Source: Callorhinchus milii (lineage: Eukaryota). Taken from it: a stretch of 64,000 nt of DNA. Numbering within the stretch: the stretch's first letter is position 1; each line of letters begins with the position of its first letter. The stretch covers positions 45,820,001 to 45,884,000 of the forward strand of contig NW_024704742.1 of assembly GCF_018977255.1 (NCBI RefSeq). The letters are read 5' to 3'. Of this stretch, positions 38,181-51,699 are shown piece by piece. The position numbers and the translations under genes are program-made. The notes beneath the pieces are model-generated. The model ran no database searches. It saw only the letters and a program-made list of their open reading frames with translations, and was not told where the DNA came from.

Positions 38181-41100
38181 ATAAATAATGTCTATTTTTT
38201 AAAAAGTAGAACGATCTCATAATCTGAAACTAGATATTTTTGAGTTATATGAAGATAAACTATATATTTTCTACCAACACGGGAATGTTGTACAATTAAA
38301 TACACGCAAATTAAAATTACTGTCAGTATGCGGTTAACTATTAGATGAGCAGTAAATCTGTAGGAAATCTTGTCTGCCTGGACTGACCGGCTCTTTACCT
38401 TTTTGGGTCACATAATGTAATGCTGGATAAAGCACCATAATTACATCAGGATAGTCTCATTTGGTTATAACATGTAACTTCACTTGAGAAACTTGTATTG
38501 CTTCCATTGGGAATGTAACTGGAGGAACCAGATGACGACCAAAACCACCTTCCTGAGACAATGTTCTCACCCCTAACCTCTGGAATTTTCTACTTGCCCC
38601 CTCTTTATCTTAAACACTTACCTTTTTGACTGTGCCTATGGTCATCCCAAATCACTGTTTTCCCTTGCTCAGTATTCAACCCTACCTCTGTATAGTACTG
38701 CAAGATGCTATCCTGCTGTATAAATGCAGGTGGCTGTTGTTATTCAGAAATATGACATTTCTGAAGCTGAGATGCACTTTTAACTTACAGATCGCAGAAT
38801 GTGAGATTAGGTCCCCAGATAGCAGATTTACTCTGAATTTATTTGTTCAATAAAATCCACCATCCTGCTAACTGGTGATCGAATGCTACAATCTACCAGA
38901 TGGACCTTGAATGCACTAATGTTGTAGACAAAAGCATATCAATTACTTCCTGTAGCTAATTGTAGAATATTTTTAATCCTGTCCTGCACATTTAGTACTG
39001 AGGTTCACTCTCCCACCATCTAAGATTCTTCTTCCTGTTCTTTATGTCTCTAAGTTCCTGCCACTCTCTATCCTAAGCAGCCCATTTTCGCTGCACATTT
39101 CTTACCTATCTTACTTATCTCAGTATTAAAGTATCAGCATGCCCTTCAGTCTGTTTCTCTTGAGTTTGCAGGGATATTTGTAAAGTAACATTTAGCCACA
39201 TAGTGTCTAAAGAAAAGCTCAGATTCAATATGATCCTATGAAGTTTAAAACTAATTTGGTTTAATCAAATGTGAGTCGATAGATTTTCCTCACTTGTTGA
39301 ACAGGTGTGGTGCACACAGTTCTCTGCTTAAGTAACCTCTGCTTAAAGTCACGGTTTTCCTTTGAAAGGTATGGAAATTACTTACAATATGCTTGCTAAA
39401 AATTGTTCTAACACAATAGTACGGGATAGTCAATTAAATCTTGTTTCTACTATGCTTCAGCCACATTTGCAATAAAAGTCTGATAAGACAAATGTAACAT
39501 AGCTGTTAGGACATAATCCTCTGTATTATGGAAAGGCTAGAACAATTATTGTATTAACTGATAATACACACTTTCTAAATTGAACAAATGATTAACATTT
39601 GAAATGAAAAAGGGCGCTTAATCCCCTTGCAGCTTTGCAGAATTTAATTAGCATTGTTATAGACAAATCCAATCCAGTGAACTTTTATTGAGCAGGTCTC
39701 TTTTAAACTATAATACGATAGGGACATCCTTTAAGAACTGTGATATAAGAATCCACAACTTTCTCTTCTCTTGTTCGTATTTTAGTTTCTTGACAGCTAT
39801 GCATGTCACACTACAACCGAGTGTCAAATCCATCAGTGTCTCGCACATCACATTTTTCAGTATTGAGCCTTTTTTTCATCAAAGAAATATTGTAACCTAG
39901 GTTCCTTTTGCAAGTTTGTATGAAGTCTTAGTTCCTCCTGACATAATAACATTGTATAGAAAATGCTCATAAAAATTGTTGGAATATATTTGCTTGTAGA
40001 TAATAAAATATTGCAGGGCATTTATATCTCAGTTATACCCAGACGTCCAAATCAATAGCTTCTGAATCTTAAAACTGATTTAAAATATATGAAGCTGTCA
40101 TTCATTGTGTGGTTTCCCCAAGAGATATCTTGCTGTAGGAATATGATGAATTTTGCATTATTGCCTTTACAAACTTGTATTTACTACAAATGGATGACAG
40201 ATGTTCTAATAAAGCATAATGTAAATGAAACGGAGTCTGCATTGAGGTTAAGTGAAGCAGCAGGCCAGAGTCTCAAGATAATCTGTTCAGCGAGGTCATA
40301 CTGCAAATAATCTTTGTTCCCTTTAATCTGACACTTCCTGGAAATTTTTCAGTTATGCAATTCGAGACTGAGCTGAACAGGCAAATCTCAGAGTAATATT
40401 GCTCCTAAATTGGTCTAGAATAATCACGTGGTTTACTGAAACAAGTGTTCAGATTAATTTATCCTTTTCGTACAGACTCAAAAGTTATCTAAATCTATTG
40501 CAGACAAATATGTTCAGAGGTGCAATCCAAAAAGTCTTGCCTGAGGAAGAAACTATTCTGCCAAATGAGTTTATATTCCCTAATAGAAGGTTTTAAACAA
40601 TAGATTGTAACTACAGTTTAACTGCTAAATAAATTACAACCCAAAGTTATATTTGGGTGAATTGTGTGGTATTTCATAATGTGATCCTTGTGGTAATTCA
40701 CAAACTAATCATTATCACAAGGAATGTGTTATAAAATGCTGTAAATTTTAATTATTGTCTCAAAAAAATATTCCTTTAATTTTAACAATCCCTGCTAAAC
40801 ACACCAATGTGATCTGCTTCTGGAGCAGAGTTCTGGTGTGGGTAAAGGGTGAAGCAGATGACTACATAGCTAGAACATAGAATGATCTGTCACAATTGAC
40901 TAATGGATCAAGCATTGTAGCAATATGTATTTGAAATGGATAAGTACCTTAAGAGAAACAAAAAATGTATATAATGATACGGAAAAAAAAGTATCTGACA
41001 GTGAATTGAATGGTAAATTTTGGTGCTGACATTTCTATTATTGTACAATGTTATTGAGATGAGGTCTGTTTTCACTGATAATCTAGTGTGGATGATAAAT

Positions 41101-41728
41101 GTGATCTGTTTCTCGTTTTACTAACAGATCAGTGCTGACCTTCACCTTTGGGAATATCTGGCCAAATTTCTCTAGTATCTCCTGCCGAACTCCCACCCCT
41201 GCCAAAGATAAAAGAGTCTACTTCTGCCAACTCTGAGTGGGTATTTTAATTTGAGAGCTCATAACCCTTGCTTGAAGAAAAATTATTGAAGATCTGAATC
41301 ACTAAAGTTACACTAAAAGCAATCATGTTTTGGCTAATTGCCTTCTAAGTATTTACCATTCTCATTACTAAATCCACCCTTCGCCAACTCTCTGTTGTTG
41401 ATTATTATTATTATTATTATTATTCTGTGGTGTCAGTAATACTGGCCAGTGGCATGATAACTAATTCCAATTAATTGCAAAACAATGATTTAATGCAGCA
41501 ATTTATTATTTATAGGTTCAATTCAGCATGCATTTAAAACTTATCTCAAAGTTATAAAGTATGTCAATGTTAAACAAAGAAATAAATAGTTAATCACTCT
41601 GTTATATATTTAACATATTTTACTGTATGGGTCTTGTTTAGATGGTTGGTTTAGATGGTAGCTCCCTCGACTCTGAGTTAGAACATTGTGGGTTTAAGCT
41701 TCATGTCAGGACTTTGAGCTCACAATCT

Positions 41729-42068
41729 AATAATAATCCTTGCATTTGATATAACACATTATTACATCTTCGAGGTGTCTAAATGCGCTTCACAGAATAT
41801 ACTGCAAAGTGAATTGACTGCATATTTTGTGGGCGAAAAGCAGCAGCCAATTGCGCACAGCAGTGTCACACAACAGTTGCAGATTGAGTGACCAATGTTT
41901 GTATTATAAATATATATATATTTGAAGGAATTATTACCGCTGGTAAAACAATCTGCCAATCGCTGAACAACCGGGTTCCTACTTACTGCTACGTAAACAG
42001 AGGTTTGTGGAGTAGAAAAACTTGCCCAACATTTTGCCCTGACAGGAATTGAACCCAGGTCCTCTCGA
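41729..42068 (-). mobile_element. tRNA-headed SINE, intermediate class
   Basis: Reverse complement of the 19604 type (CCTACTTACTGCTA.GTAAACAG block, GGAATTGAACCCAGG B box). Confidence 0.88.
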
Positions 42069-42287
42069 GTGCTACAACCAACATTTTTCTCAAAGTTTCA
42101 CAGTTTTATGTTTAATCAGCAATTTGTTTTGATTATTAAACTATTTGGATTATTCAACTATTGGCATCTAATTTGTGATATTTCTTAATGGGATTTCCAA
42201 ATGATAGATATCTTCATTAGGCACATGGAAAGTATTAGTGCTGTCCTGGGAAACGCTGCAATGTCTGAGGTGTCATCCTTTGGATGA

Positions 42288-44425
42288 CAACAACAACAAC
42301 AAGAAAGTTACATATATAGAGCGCATTTTACGTCGGGAGGACGTCCCAAGGCGCTGGACAGTCAGAGGTCAGGACCCGAGCATGGGCGAGGGGTAGTGTA
42401 GGGGTGAGAGAAAGCAGAGAGGTGGGAGGGCGACCGAAGGCACGATCGAAGGGGAGGGTCTTGAGACCGGCCTTGAAGGAGGCAAGGGAGGAAGCGAGGC
42501 GAAGGGACTGTGGGATGGATTTCCAGAGTGTGGGGGCACAGAGGCTGAAAGCCCGGCCACCGATGGTAGGACGGATCGCGTGGGAGATATGGAGCAGGCC
42601 GGAGCCCGCTGAACGGAGGGAGCGGGTAGGTTGGTAGGGAGTCAGCAAGTCAGAGAGATAGGAGGGTGCGAGGCCATTGATGGCCTTGAAAGTGAGGACA
42701 AGGATCTTGAATTCAATCCTCTGAGGGATGGGGAGCCAGTGGAGTCGGGCGAGGGTGGGAATAATGGGGTCACAGAGCCTGGTGTGCGAGAGTACACATG
42801 CTGCAGAGTTTTGGATGATCTGCAGCTTTTGAAGAGAAGAATTGGGAAGGCCGATGAGGAGAGAGTTTCCATAATCGAGCACTGATGTGATGAATGCGTG
42901 GGTGAGGGTTTTGGAAGCCTGAGGGGTGAGGCAGTGGTGGAGTCTGGCAAATTTTGTGTAGGTGGTGGTAGGCAGTATCGATCATGGTGCGGATGTGGGA
43001 GAGAAAGGACAGTTCAGGGTCAACCAAGACACCCAAGTTCCTGACTAGCTTAGTGAGGTTGTGTGTGCAGCCATGGATACTGATGCCGCCAGCGCCCGAG
43101 GTGCAGAGGCGCTGGTGCGAGCCAATCATGAAGGACTCGGTCTTGCTGGCGTTCAGTTGGAGAAAGTTGTTCCTCATCCAGGACTTGATGTCGGCCAGGC
43201 AGTCGGCCAGGATACTAGTTGTCCTGGAGTTGAGGGTGGAGGCAGAGAGATAGAGTTGGGTGTGTAAGTGCTCTGAGACGCCATCCAGCATGGAGGGCGC
43301 TATATAAATCCAAGTTGTTGTTGTCATCCACATACATGTGGAAATTTACCATGTCTGCGGATGATGTCACCAAAGGGGAGCATGTAGAGGGTGAAGAGGA
43401 GGATACCGAGGACAGAGCCCTGAGGAACATCGCACGAGACAGTGTGGGTGCTGAAGGAGAAGCCGTTTGCGGAGACAATGTGGAGGTGGTGTGAAAGGTA
43501 GAATCTGAAACAATCAAGGACAGAACCTTGAAGTTTGAGATGGGAGGCGAGAGTCGATGGAGGAGGATTGAGTGGTCCACAGTATCAAAGGCGGCAGAGT
43601 GATCAAGGAGAATGAGGAGGCAGAGGGAGCCCTGTTCACACATGGTCAGGATGTCATTTGTGACCTTGACCAGAGCAGTTTCCATGCTATGGGCAGCAGG
43701 AAAACCCGATTGGAGGGGCTCATGGAGGGAGTGGAAGTAGAGGAAAGAGCGAAGCTGGGATGTGACGGCTCTCTCAAAGACCTTAGGCAGAAAAGGGAGG
43801 TGGGAGATGGGCTGGTAGCTGGCTAGCTGTGATGGTTCAAGGGAAGGTTTCTTCAAGGTGGGGGTGATGGTGGTTGTTTTGAGGGTTAGGAACAGTGCTA
43901 GATGACAGGGAGAGGTTGATGATGTCAGCGAGTAGTGGGGCAAGGAGGTGGAGCTGGGATTTAAGGAGAGGGGTAGGGATGGGGTCGAGGGAGCAGGTGG
44001 TGAGCTTCGTGGAGGATATGGTGGTGATGACAGAGGAGGAGATGACGGGTTCAAAGGTATGGAAATAGGGATAGGTAGTGGTCAGAGTGTGGGGGGGTTG
44101 GTAGGGAGGGGCTGGAAGTTGCGAGGGCAGTGGCAGCTGAGTGGTTTCCCTCGATTTTGGACTCGAGGAAGTCCAGCATTTCCTTGCATTGGGAGTCGGA
44201 GGAAAGAATCTACAAAGCGTGGCAGGGAGGGCGGAGGAGCCGGTTGGTGGTGGAGAACAGAAGCCTGGGGTTGCCCTTCGCCTCCAGGTTTAACCTGGAC
44301 TAGAAGCACGATTTGGCCGAGGTGAGAGCCGAGCGGTAGGTTTTGATGTGGTCCAGCCAGATGTGCCGGTGGACAGTTTGGCCGGATTTGAGCCAAGTGC
44401 ATTCAGCAGCCCGCACCGAGCCCTT
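42288..44425 (-). mobile_element. 2.1-kb 5'-truncated L2 inserted in an old Deu-SINE, with GATGA on both flanks
   Basis: ORFs 43215, 42770 and 42328 give LKKPSLEP, QSGF, SAAFDTVDH, HMYVDD, VRNLGV and WLPIPQRIEFKIL. The flanks rejoin as the Deu-SINE CCTTTGGATGA|GACATTAAACTGAGG. Confidence 0.93.
43263..43324 (+). mobile_element. ~60-bp tail-only retro-insertion within the YxDD codons of the L2
   Basis: AAGTGCTCTGAGACGCCATCCAGCATGGAGGGCGCTATATAAATCCAAG(TTG)n; a second copy lies at 57503-57566. Confidence 0.85.
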
Positions 44426-44675
44426 GATGAGACATTAAACTGAGGTGCTGTGTGTTCTGGTGCATTGTAAAGATCCCATGGCTCTTTTCAAAAACTCAGC
44501 GAGTTTCTCCTCGTGTTCTGGCCAACAATCCTCCAGAGAAAATGATCATTCACTTCAGGGTTGTTTGTGCAAATTGGTTGCCACATTCACCTACAAATAA
44601 GCACTTACTATACTTTACAGTGACGCATTTTGAAACATTTCAGTGCTGTTATAATGCAATATATCAAATGCAAGA
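44426..44675 (+). mobile_element. Old Deu-domain SINE, 3' part (5' parts at ~41645-41728 and ~42235-42287)
   Basis: GATGAGACATTAAACTGAGG..AAAGATCCCATGGC..TGGCCAACAATCC..TGCAAATTGG..ATATCAAATGCAAG. Confidence 0.8.
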
Positions 44676-46837
44676 AACATCATCACAGGAACCTCAGGAA
44701 TCTGACACTACCTACCTGGGGAGCAGAGTTTTCATGGGTAGATAGGAATTCTAATGGGATTCTTTATAAAGAAATATCACAAATTAGATCCCAGTAAATT
44801 ATTAAGCTTTTGGAAATGAAATATTAATATGTTATGTAAATTTAATTTAATTCAGGTGGGCAAAATAGGTTGATTTGAATATCAGATATTTTGCTAAAAG
44901 TTAAAATCTGTAAATCTTGTACAGAAGTTGATGGATATATCCATTTCAAGGCACCAGAGAAAACAAATTGATTAACAATGTTAATCATGTTTAATTTCAA
45001 TATGTAAATGAGGTTAATCAGATAACAGGTCTTTGCCTTTGTCAAACTCTGTCAATGTTATACTTTTAAAACTCGGAGGTTAGACTTGTTAAGCTATTAA
45101 GAATAACAAATTGATAGATTATACAAATTAGAAGCAATTTTCATATTCAAGCTTGGCTAATTAGAATATAGACTTTACTCTTAATGACTCATACTTTTTG
45201 ATTCCTATCTTCACAAACTGGAAGATTGTATATAGTCCTCCCACCACTACCATTTATCTAACTGTAGGGAATTGTAAGACATTATTGGAAAATAAATAAA
45301 TCAGTTCTACATAACCTCCAACTTATTAAACCATATAGACTTCTTAATATGTTTTTATACTGCAGACTCCTGATATAGATGTTGCACAGAAAAGAAAAAA
45401 AGCACGATTGTACTTTATGTCTTAAAATATACAGTTGGCCTGAAAGGCATTATAGTAAATGTAAGATTTTTTTATGCAGTACTAACATAGGTGCATGAGC
45501 AATCTGCTGTGAGGTTACAACTGTGGCCTCTGAGCTGGCTACACAATAGCTTGTGTCATAATCCGTACAAGCACAGATGAGCAATACCAACATTAGTACA
45601 ATGGGTTAAATGGCTTGCAATTGTGATGTAAAATTCTATTGTTCAATGAATCACAAACTTGTAGGAACATCATATTGTTTTAATTGCGGCCAAAGTGTAC
45701 AGAGAAGAAGAACAAAGAGAATGATTTGCAACAGCGCTGCATATTCAATAGAGAAAAATGGGGTTGAAAAGGTCCTCGGATGGTGATCTGTAAAGTGGTA
45801 CTAAAATAGCAACATGAACTAGTTAGGCCAATGGCTTTTTTCTTTGCCATATCACTCAATGTACTATAATGTGCACTAGTTGCCTCTTGTTTTTTTTGCT
45901 ACAATGGGCACCACAGAAAGATTGCCAGTGTCAGATCAGACCAATGTGAGGTTACGAGGATAGATGTGACCATTCATTGACCAATCAATAATATCAACTG
46001 CAAATTTTAGCAATGTGATAACTATCACAATTGATAGATAGCACTTCACATGTTTCAGTTTTCACCAGTAAATGTACAGAGTGAATTAGGCCAGTTGTTT
46101 AATCTCTAAGGTATAGTTCAAATGCAAGATTCATCCATTCCTATTTAAAATAAGACCTATATTGGAAATAGAGTCTCCTCACCGCCCTTAAGTGACTCAA
46201 CAAACTAGATATTTGATGAATTGTAATATTTTATTCCCCAACTAGTTTGTGAAATCCTTTAACAGATTTAAAATGTCTTTCAGTATTTAAATTCCTTCAC
46301 TGATCTTGCAAGAATGGGACTAGCCCATTGACTTTCATTAACTTATTATTTAATTTGACAAGTTAAATATTTCACCCTTTAATATATTCATTTCTGACTT
46401 GTGATGCATTTCTTTAACACCAGATCAAGACTGAGCTCTGCAGTCTCGATTTTCATATCACAAGAGGGTTAAGTGGAGCTCTCCTCCATTTTCATTTCAC
46501 ACCCACGGTTCCTAAGTGAGAGATGCTCCAATCATACAAGTCATGGTCTTTTCCCATTTCCTTCATATCATTTTATTGCCTTTCAGGTCATTTGTATAGA
46601 ATTGCCAGCCCTCTGCTTTCTTGAGATGCTAACTACTTCCCTCTCTCTTCACTGTTGGCCCTGAGGTGAAGAATCTTATTTAAAAATATACTGCAATTGG
46701 ATGGTACATTCAACTTAAGGTCAAAATATATGTTTGGTCATTTAATTCAATGAATTCTGTTGAATTAAATACTCCTCTACATTTTAGATCACTTCTGAGC
46801 AGGAGCCTGTACAAATTTGTTGATTACATTACAATAC

Positions 46838-47272
46838 ATTAGAATAAACAGCACAGAAACAACTGATCTATGCCGGTGTTTATGCTCCACATGAGCCTCC
46901 TCCTGCCCTTTCCCTAACTAAGCCTTCAAGCATAACCTTCTATTCCTTTCTCGCTCATGTATCTATCTAGCTTTCCCTTAAATACATCTATGCTATTTGC
47001 CTCAACAACTCCTGTGGTGGCCTGTTCCGCCTTCTCACTACTCTCTGTGTGAAGACATTTCTTCTTACTTCCCTGTTTGATCTATTTGTCACTATTCTAT
47101 ATTGATGGCCCCTGTATATATTTGGTCTCCACCACAAGTGGAAACATCTTCTCTATATCTACCTTATCAAAACCTTTCATCATTTTAAAGACCTCTATCA
47201 GGTCACCCCTTACCCTCCTCGTTTCAAGAGAAGAGTCCAAGCATGTTCAGCCTTTCCTGATAGGTATAACAG
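46838..47272 (-). mobile_element. CR1 3' fragment
   Basis: AAGACCTCTATCAGGTCACCCCT encodes RGDLIEVF on the minus strand; also ERLNMLGLFS and CR1 3' UTR motifs. Confidence 0.85.
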
Positions 47273-47742
47273 ATCACAGAAGAGGGTAATTTTCTCAGAA
47301 GTGGCCTCATATGGATTATTGTGAATGTAACAAATGTGCACAGAATGATTGGGTATAATCTTAGAGATGGTAGGGTAAACATTTTAATTCTTTCATATGA
47401 TTTACCCTGAATATGGACTAGGTTTAAATTTAAGCCGATCAAGCTTTATTTAATAGAGACTTATATTTGCGTTGCACTACGAATGTATGCAATTTAGGAT
47501 AATAGCTTAGCAGACATAAATCCAAATGGCAAATGTCTTCTAATCCAGAATATATAACCACCCCCCAAAATATTGGTCAGGGTTCAGGCCAATGATATCA
47601 GATGCTGCATGTTGTTTCTAAACTAGATGCTTCTGTGTTTTTCTTCTATGGTTGTCCATAAATCACCTTGTTGGCCTGAACCAATAATGGGATTTTCTGA
47701 CTAAAAAACTCATGCCACCATGATTGCTGAATTGTAGATTCA

Positions 47743-47755
47743 CCACTAGAGGGAG
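47743..47755 (+). promoter_or_regulatory. Possible CTCF core motif
   Basis: CCACTAGAGGGAG is a close match to CCASYAGRKGGC, in unique sequence; motif only. Confidence 0.4.
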
Positions 47756-49179
47756 TATCATGTGATGTGCTTCTTGGCAAAAGGAGAAAATTGACAGTTC
47801 TAACTTGCTCGACACAAAGCAGTTCAATCTAGAGACTGGTCATGGAGCAATGTTGATAATGGTTATAAACAAGTCGACAGGTTAGTTTGTCTTACCTCAT
47901 GTCTAGAAGAGCCATGGTATTGGCGTAGCTGGCAAGGACACTGAAGAGAAAAAATTAGGTTGAAAGTAAATGTTTGCAAAACAATAGTCACTTTGCACAT
48001 TCCTTTGAAAAGCAACATTGTAAATGACTGATCTGCTGAAAAGAAAGGGAATAATGGAAAGGTGCTTTCCATTACAGGATCTATGAAAGGAAAAGGTTGA
48101 TAAACTGAATGGCCTTTTCTCACTTATCTTCCAAAGATACAGAATATTGTTCTGTTTCTACATTCTTCCCATACAAAGTTGCAAACACAAAAGTTGATTA
48201 AAAACCTGTTTATGGTCACTGGCTGGCACATTTGCACAAACACAACAAAACCAGTAGTTTACAAGCGAAGATAACTACTGATTTTATTTAAAAATAAGTT
48301 TGCAAAAACAAAACAATTATTGACAATTGAGTACAACACAGCATTTCTTTTTGAAAGAAGGAAGTAATGGATGATTCTGTATTGGAAAAACAGGCATTTG
48401 GTATGTGCATCCTGTATCACGCAGACTACATACAGAAAAAAACCTTGTTTCTTGTGTCTGTGGATCACCAGGTTAATATGATGTATTCCTTAGAGATGGT
48501 GAATACATCTCAGGCCATTACATTATTTCATAAAGTTTCACAGGTCTAAATATTTGATTTATACATTTACTTATTTGTAATTTTCTTCTAAAGCAATTCT
48601 TAGTTATTCATTTTGTAGAAGAATACTGTAGACAGCACATTTATTTGGTTGGAGCTCAATACACTATATGCTTTTATCTCTCAGTAATTCCCCTGGAATT
48701 TTGATGGACATTAGATGAAACAAATATATAATGCATGTATGTCTGAGCTATGATTTCTTATTTCTTGTAATCAGCTTAGAAATAAAGTAGCACTAGGAGT
48801 GGGCAGGACATGATGGATTTGGAATAAATTATTTTTTAAAAGTGTAGTGGACAAATAAGGCATGTAACATTATAACAACGATTAGCAGATTGCTTTCTCT
48901 GGGTAATAATGCCTTCAAAAAACGTTGGCACTCAATCCATGACTGTTTGTGGGACACTGCTGTGCATAATTGACTACAAACTATACAGTCAATTCACTTT
49001 ACAGTATATTCTGTGAAGCGCTTTGAGATGTCACAACAACGTGATAAGCCGCTATATCAAATGCAAGGATTATTATAGTAACTTGTATCTATATAGTGCC
49101 CTTCATGTAGAATTACAGAGATGGTGCTTGACACTGAGTGTGGGGGGAGGGGAGGGGGAGAGGAGTGAGGTGACTCACT

Positions 49180-50372
49180 ACTTACCTCACAACCGATGCA
49201 GCTGAAACTCTCGTCCACGCCTTCATTACTTCCTGGCTGGACTATTTCCAATACCCTCCTCGCTGGCCTCAACAGCTCCACAGTACATAAAATCCAATTA
49301 GTTCAAAACTCCGCCACCCGGATACTCACCAGCACAAAACCCTGTACCCCCATCGCACCAGTCCCTCTCCTCAGACTCTGTCTCACTCCCCCTCAAAACC
49401 GCTATCATCACTCCTCTCCTTAAAAAAAAACTACTCTTGATCCCTACAACCTCACAACTTTCAGACACATCTCAAATCTGCTTTTCCTAGCCAAAGTTTA
49501 GGAACGTGTCGTTGCAAATGAACTTTGCTCACACCTCTCCCTCCACTCCCTGCTCGAACGGCCACAGTCTGATTTTCACCCTTCCCACAGCACAAAGACA
49601 ATGCCCATCAAAGTTACAAACAACGTCCTCTCTGTCTGTGACCAGGACTTCCTCTGCCTGCTCGTTCACCTGGATCTCTCTGCCGCTTTCAACACAGTCA
49701 ATCACGCCATTCTCCTCCACCACCTCTACTCCCTCATCTACCTTAGTAAGACTGCACTCACATAATTTAAGTCCTACTTAACTAACCGCCAACAATACAC
49801 CTTGGAAAATGCTTTTCCTCCCTCCCCTGCCTGGTCACCTGTGGGGTATCCCAATGTTCCATCCGTGGCCCCTTCTTTTCCTATCTACAGTCCCCCTCTT
49901 GGCGATGTCATCCGCAGACATGGGGTTAACTTCCACATGTACATGGATGACACACAAATCTACTTCTCCTCCAGCTGCGACTCCCAGCCCACTGATGTCC
50001 TGTCAGCTCGTTTGATGGACGTCAAGACCTGGATGAGTGCAAATTTCCTTGAGCTGAATGTCGACAAGATGGAAGCCAGACTCTTTGGCTCCCGTCAACG
50101 TCTTCTCCCCTGTGGGTCTGAACTCCTCAACCTCCAGCTCTCCCTCAGAATAACCAAACCCGTGCTCAAGTTTGGTGTCAGGTTTGATTCCCAGTCTTCC
50201 TTTCTACCCCACATCTCTCCCCAGTTTCAAATGCCACCGAAAAATCTTCTTTTTTGATCATGCTCACAGTCACTTTCCCACTCCCTCTGGCTTGGTGTCA
50301 GCACTGTCAAGTACTCTGGGAAGCTACCCCATTCGAACGGCACTATATGAACACAAGCAGTTGTTGTTGTTA
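49180..50372 (+). mobile_element. Rearranged/chimeric L2 (C-terminal block precedes the RT block)
   Basis: AETLVHAFITS..IQLVQNSA (49185-49360), then KTAIITPL..FHMYMDDTQ..RFDSQSSFLPHI, then a deletion to the 3' UTR and tail. Confidence 0.85.
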
Positions 50373-51130
50373 ATGTATTTGATAAGGATCCATTTCAAAT
50401 GCAAAGATTATTTCATGTTAAAATGTTAGACATTATCTAAATTCATATGCATAAATATGCCATCATGAATCATTTATTCTAACTTCTCTCTAGTGCTAAC
50501 ATTGTACTACCAGAAGAGTGAAGAGTACCCATGTACTTTAGTAAACTACTAAAGACTGAAATGTAATTCTGAAATTTAATGTAAAACTGAAATTCTGCTA
50601 AAGACTGAAATGTAACTCTTTGATAAACATTATATAGCAATAGATTTAAATTGCTTACAGATTATGTTGCACAACAGAAGCAATTACAGTGAATTCTTAC
50701 ACAGAGCACATCAACAGAAATAATGGTAGACCAATGAATGCACGTGCTGGACAATAAATTTAACTAATGTTTGAATCTTACTGGAAAAGGGCATAATGTA
50801 AATAAAGGCTATGAAAAGCACACATATTCCATTCTAGGAAACTGCGATGTAACAAGCAATGTTCCAGGATCCTTTCAAACAATTCATTTAATTATATTCC
50901 TTGTTTCATTAAATCATATATTTTTGTTACTTGAATGTAAACAATTATAGTCTGAGGTAATGGATGAAATTGACAAATATATAAATTTTGCATGTTCTAA
51001 GCTGCAGCTGGTAGCTAATTAATAAAATTAAACTTATTTTGATAGAGCAGCAATAACATCAACATGTCTCTAAATAATTTGTAAGTGTATTTCAAGTAAA
51101 ATGTCTGAGTATTGTAGGCAAAAAGCCAAC

Positions 51131-51447
51131 AATAATAATAATAATCCTTGGATTTGATATAGCGCTTTTCACGTCTTCTAGACATCTCAAAGCGCTTCAC
51201 AGAATTTATTGTAAAGTGAATTGACCATATATTTGTGGGCGAAACGCGGCAGCCAATTGCATACAGCAGTGTCCCACAAGCAGTTGTGAATTGAAAATGA
51301 CCAATTTATTATTGTTTTGTTTTGGAGGGATTATTATTAGGCGTGTGGAGTAAGGAAACTTGCCCAAGGTTTCGTCCTGCCTGGAATTGAACCCAGGTGT
51401 CTCACTTGCAAGGTGAGTGCTCCAACCACTGAGCTACAGGACTCCAC
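51131..51447 (-). mobile_element. Young full-length tRNA-headed SINE, short class, apparently nested in an older SINE body
   Basis: Reverse complement of the 15629/20737 type; minus-strand flanks rejoin roughly as TTGCTGTGTGCAAATT|GTTGGC..TTTGCCTAC. Confidence 0.93.
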
Positions 51448-51699
51448 AATTTGCACACAGCAAGTTCCACAGGTCACAACTTTCAACAACACCTGCATTT
51501 GTATTGTGTCTTTCATGGCATGCTACATCTGAGCACTGTAAACAGCTGTGAACAGATTGGAATAGCTAAGAAGTGAATGACCAAATTATTTGGTGGATAC
51601 TGTAGCATCCTTTGCTTCTCAGATAATATTGTGGGCTCTTTAAGACCCATTTTAACAGACAAGCAGAACCTCAGTTTCACATCCATACGCGGACAATAT

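Noticed and set aside
48320..48426. Possible minus-strand terminal exon (LRDTGCTYQMPVFPIQNHPLLPSFKKKCCVVLNCQ*) with downstream AATAAA
   Set aside because: The peptide is not recognised and no upstream partner exons were identified; these signals are common in AT-rich DNA.
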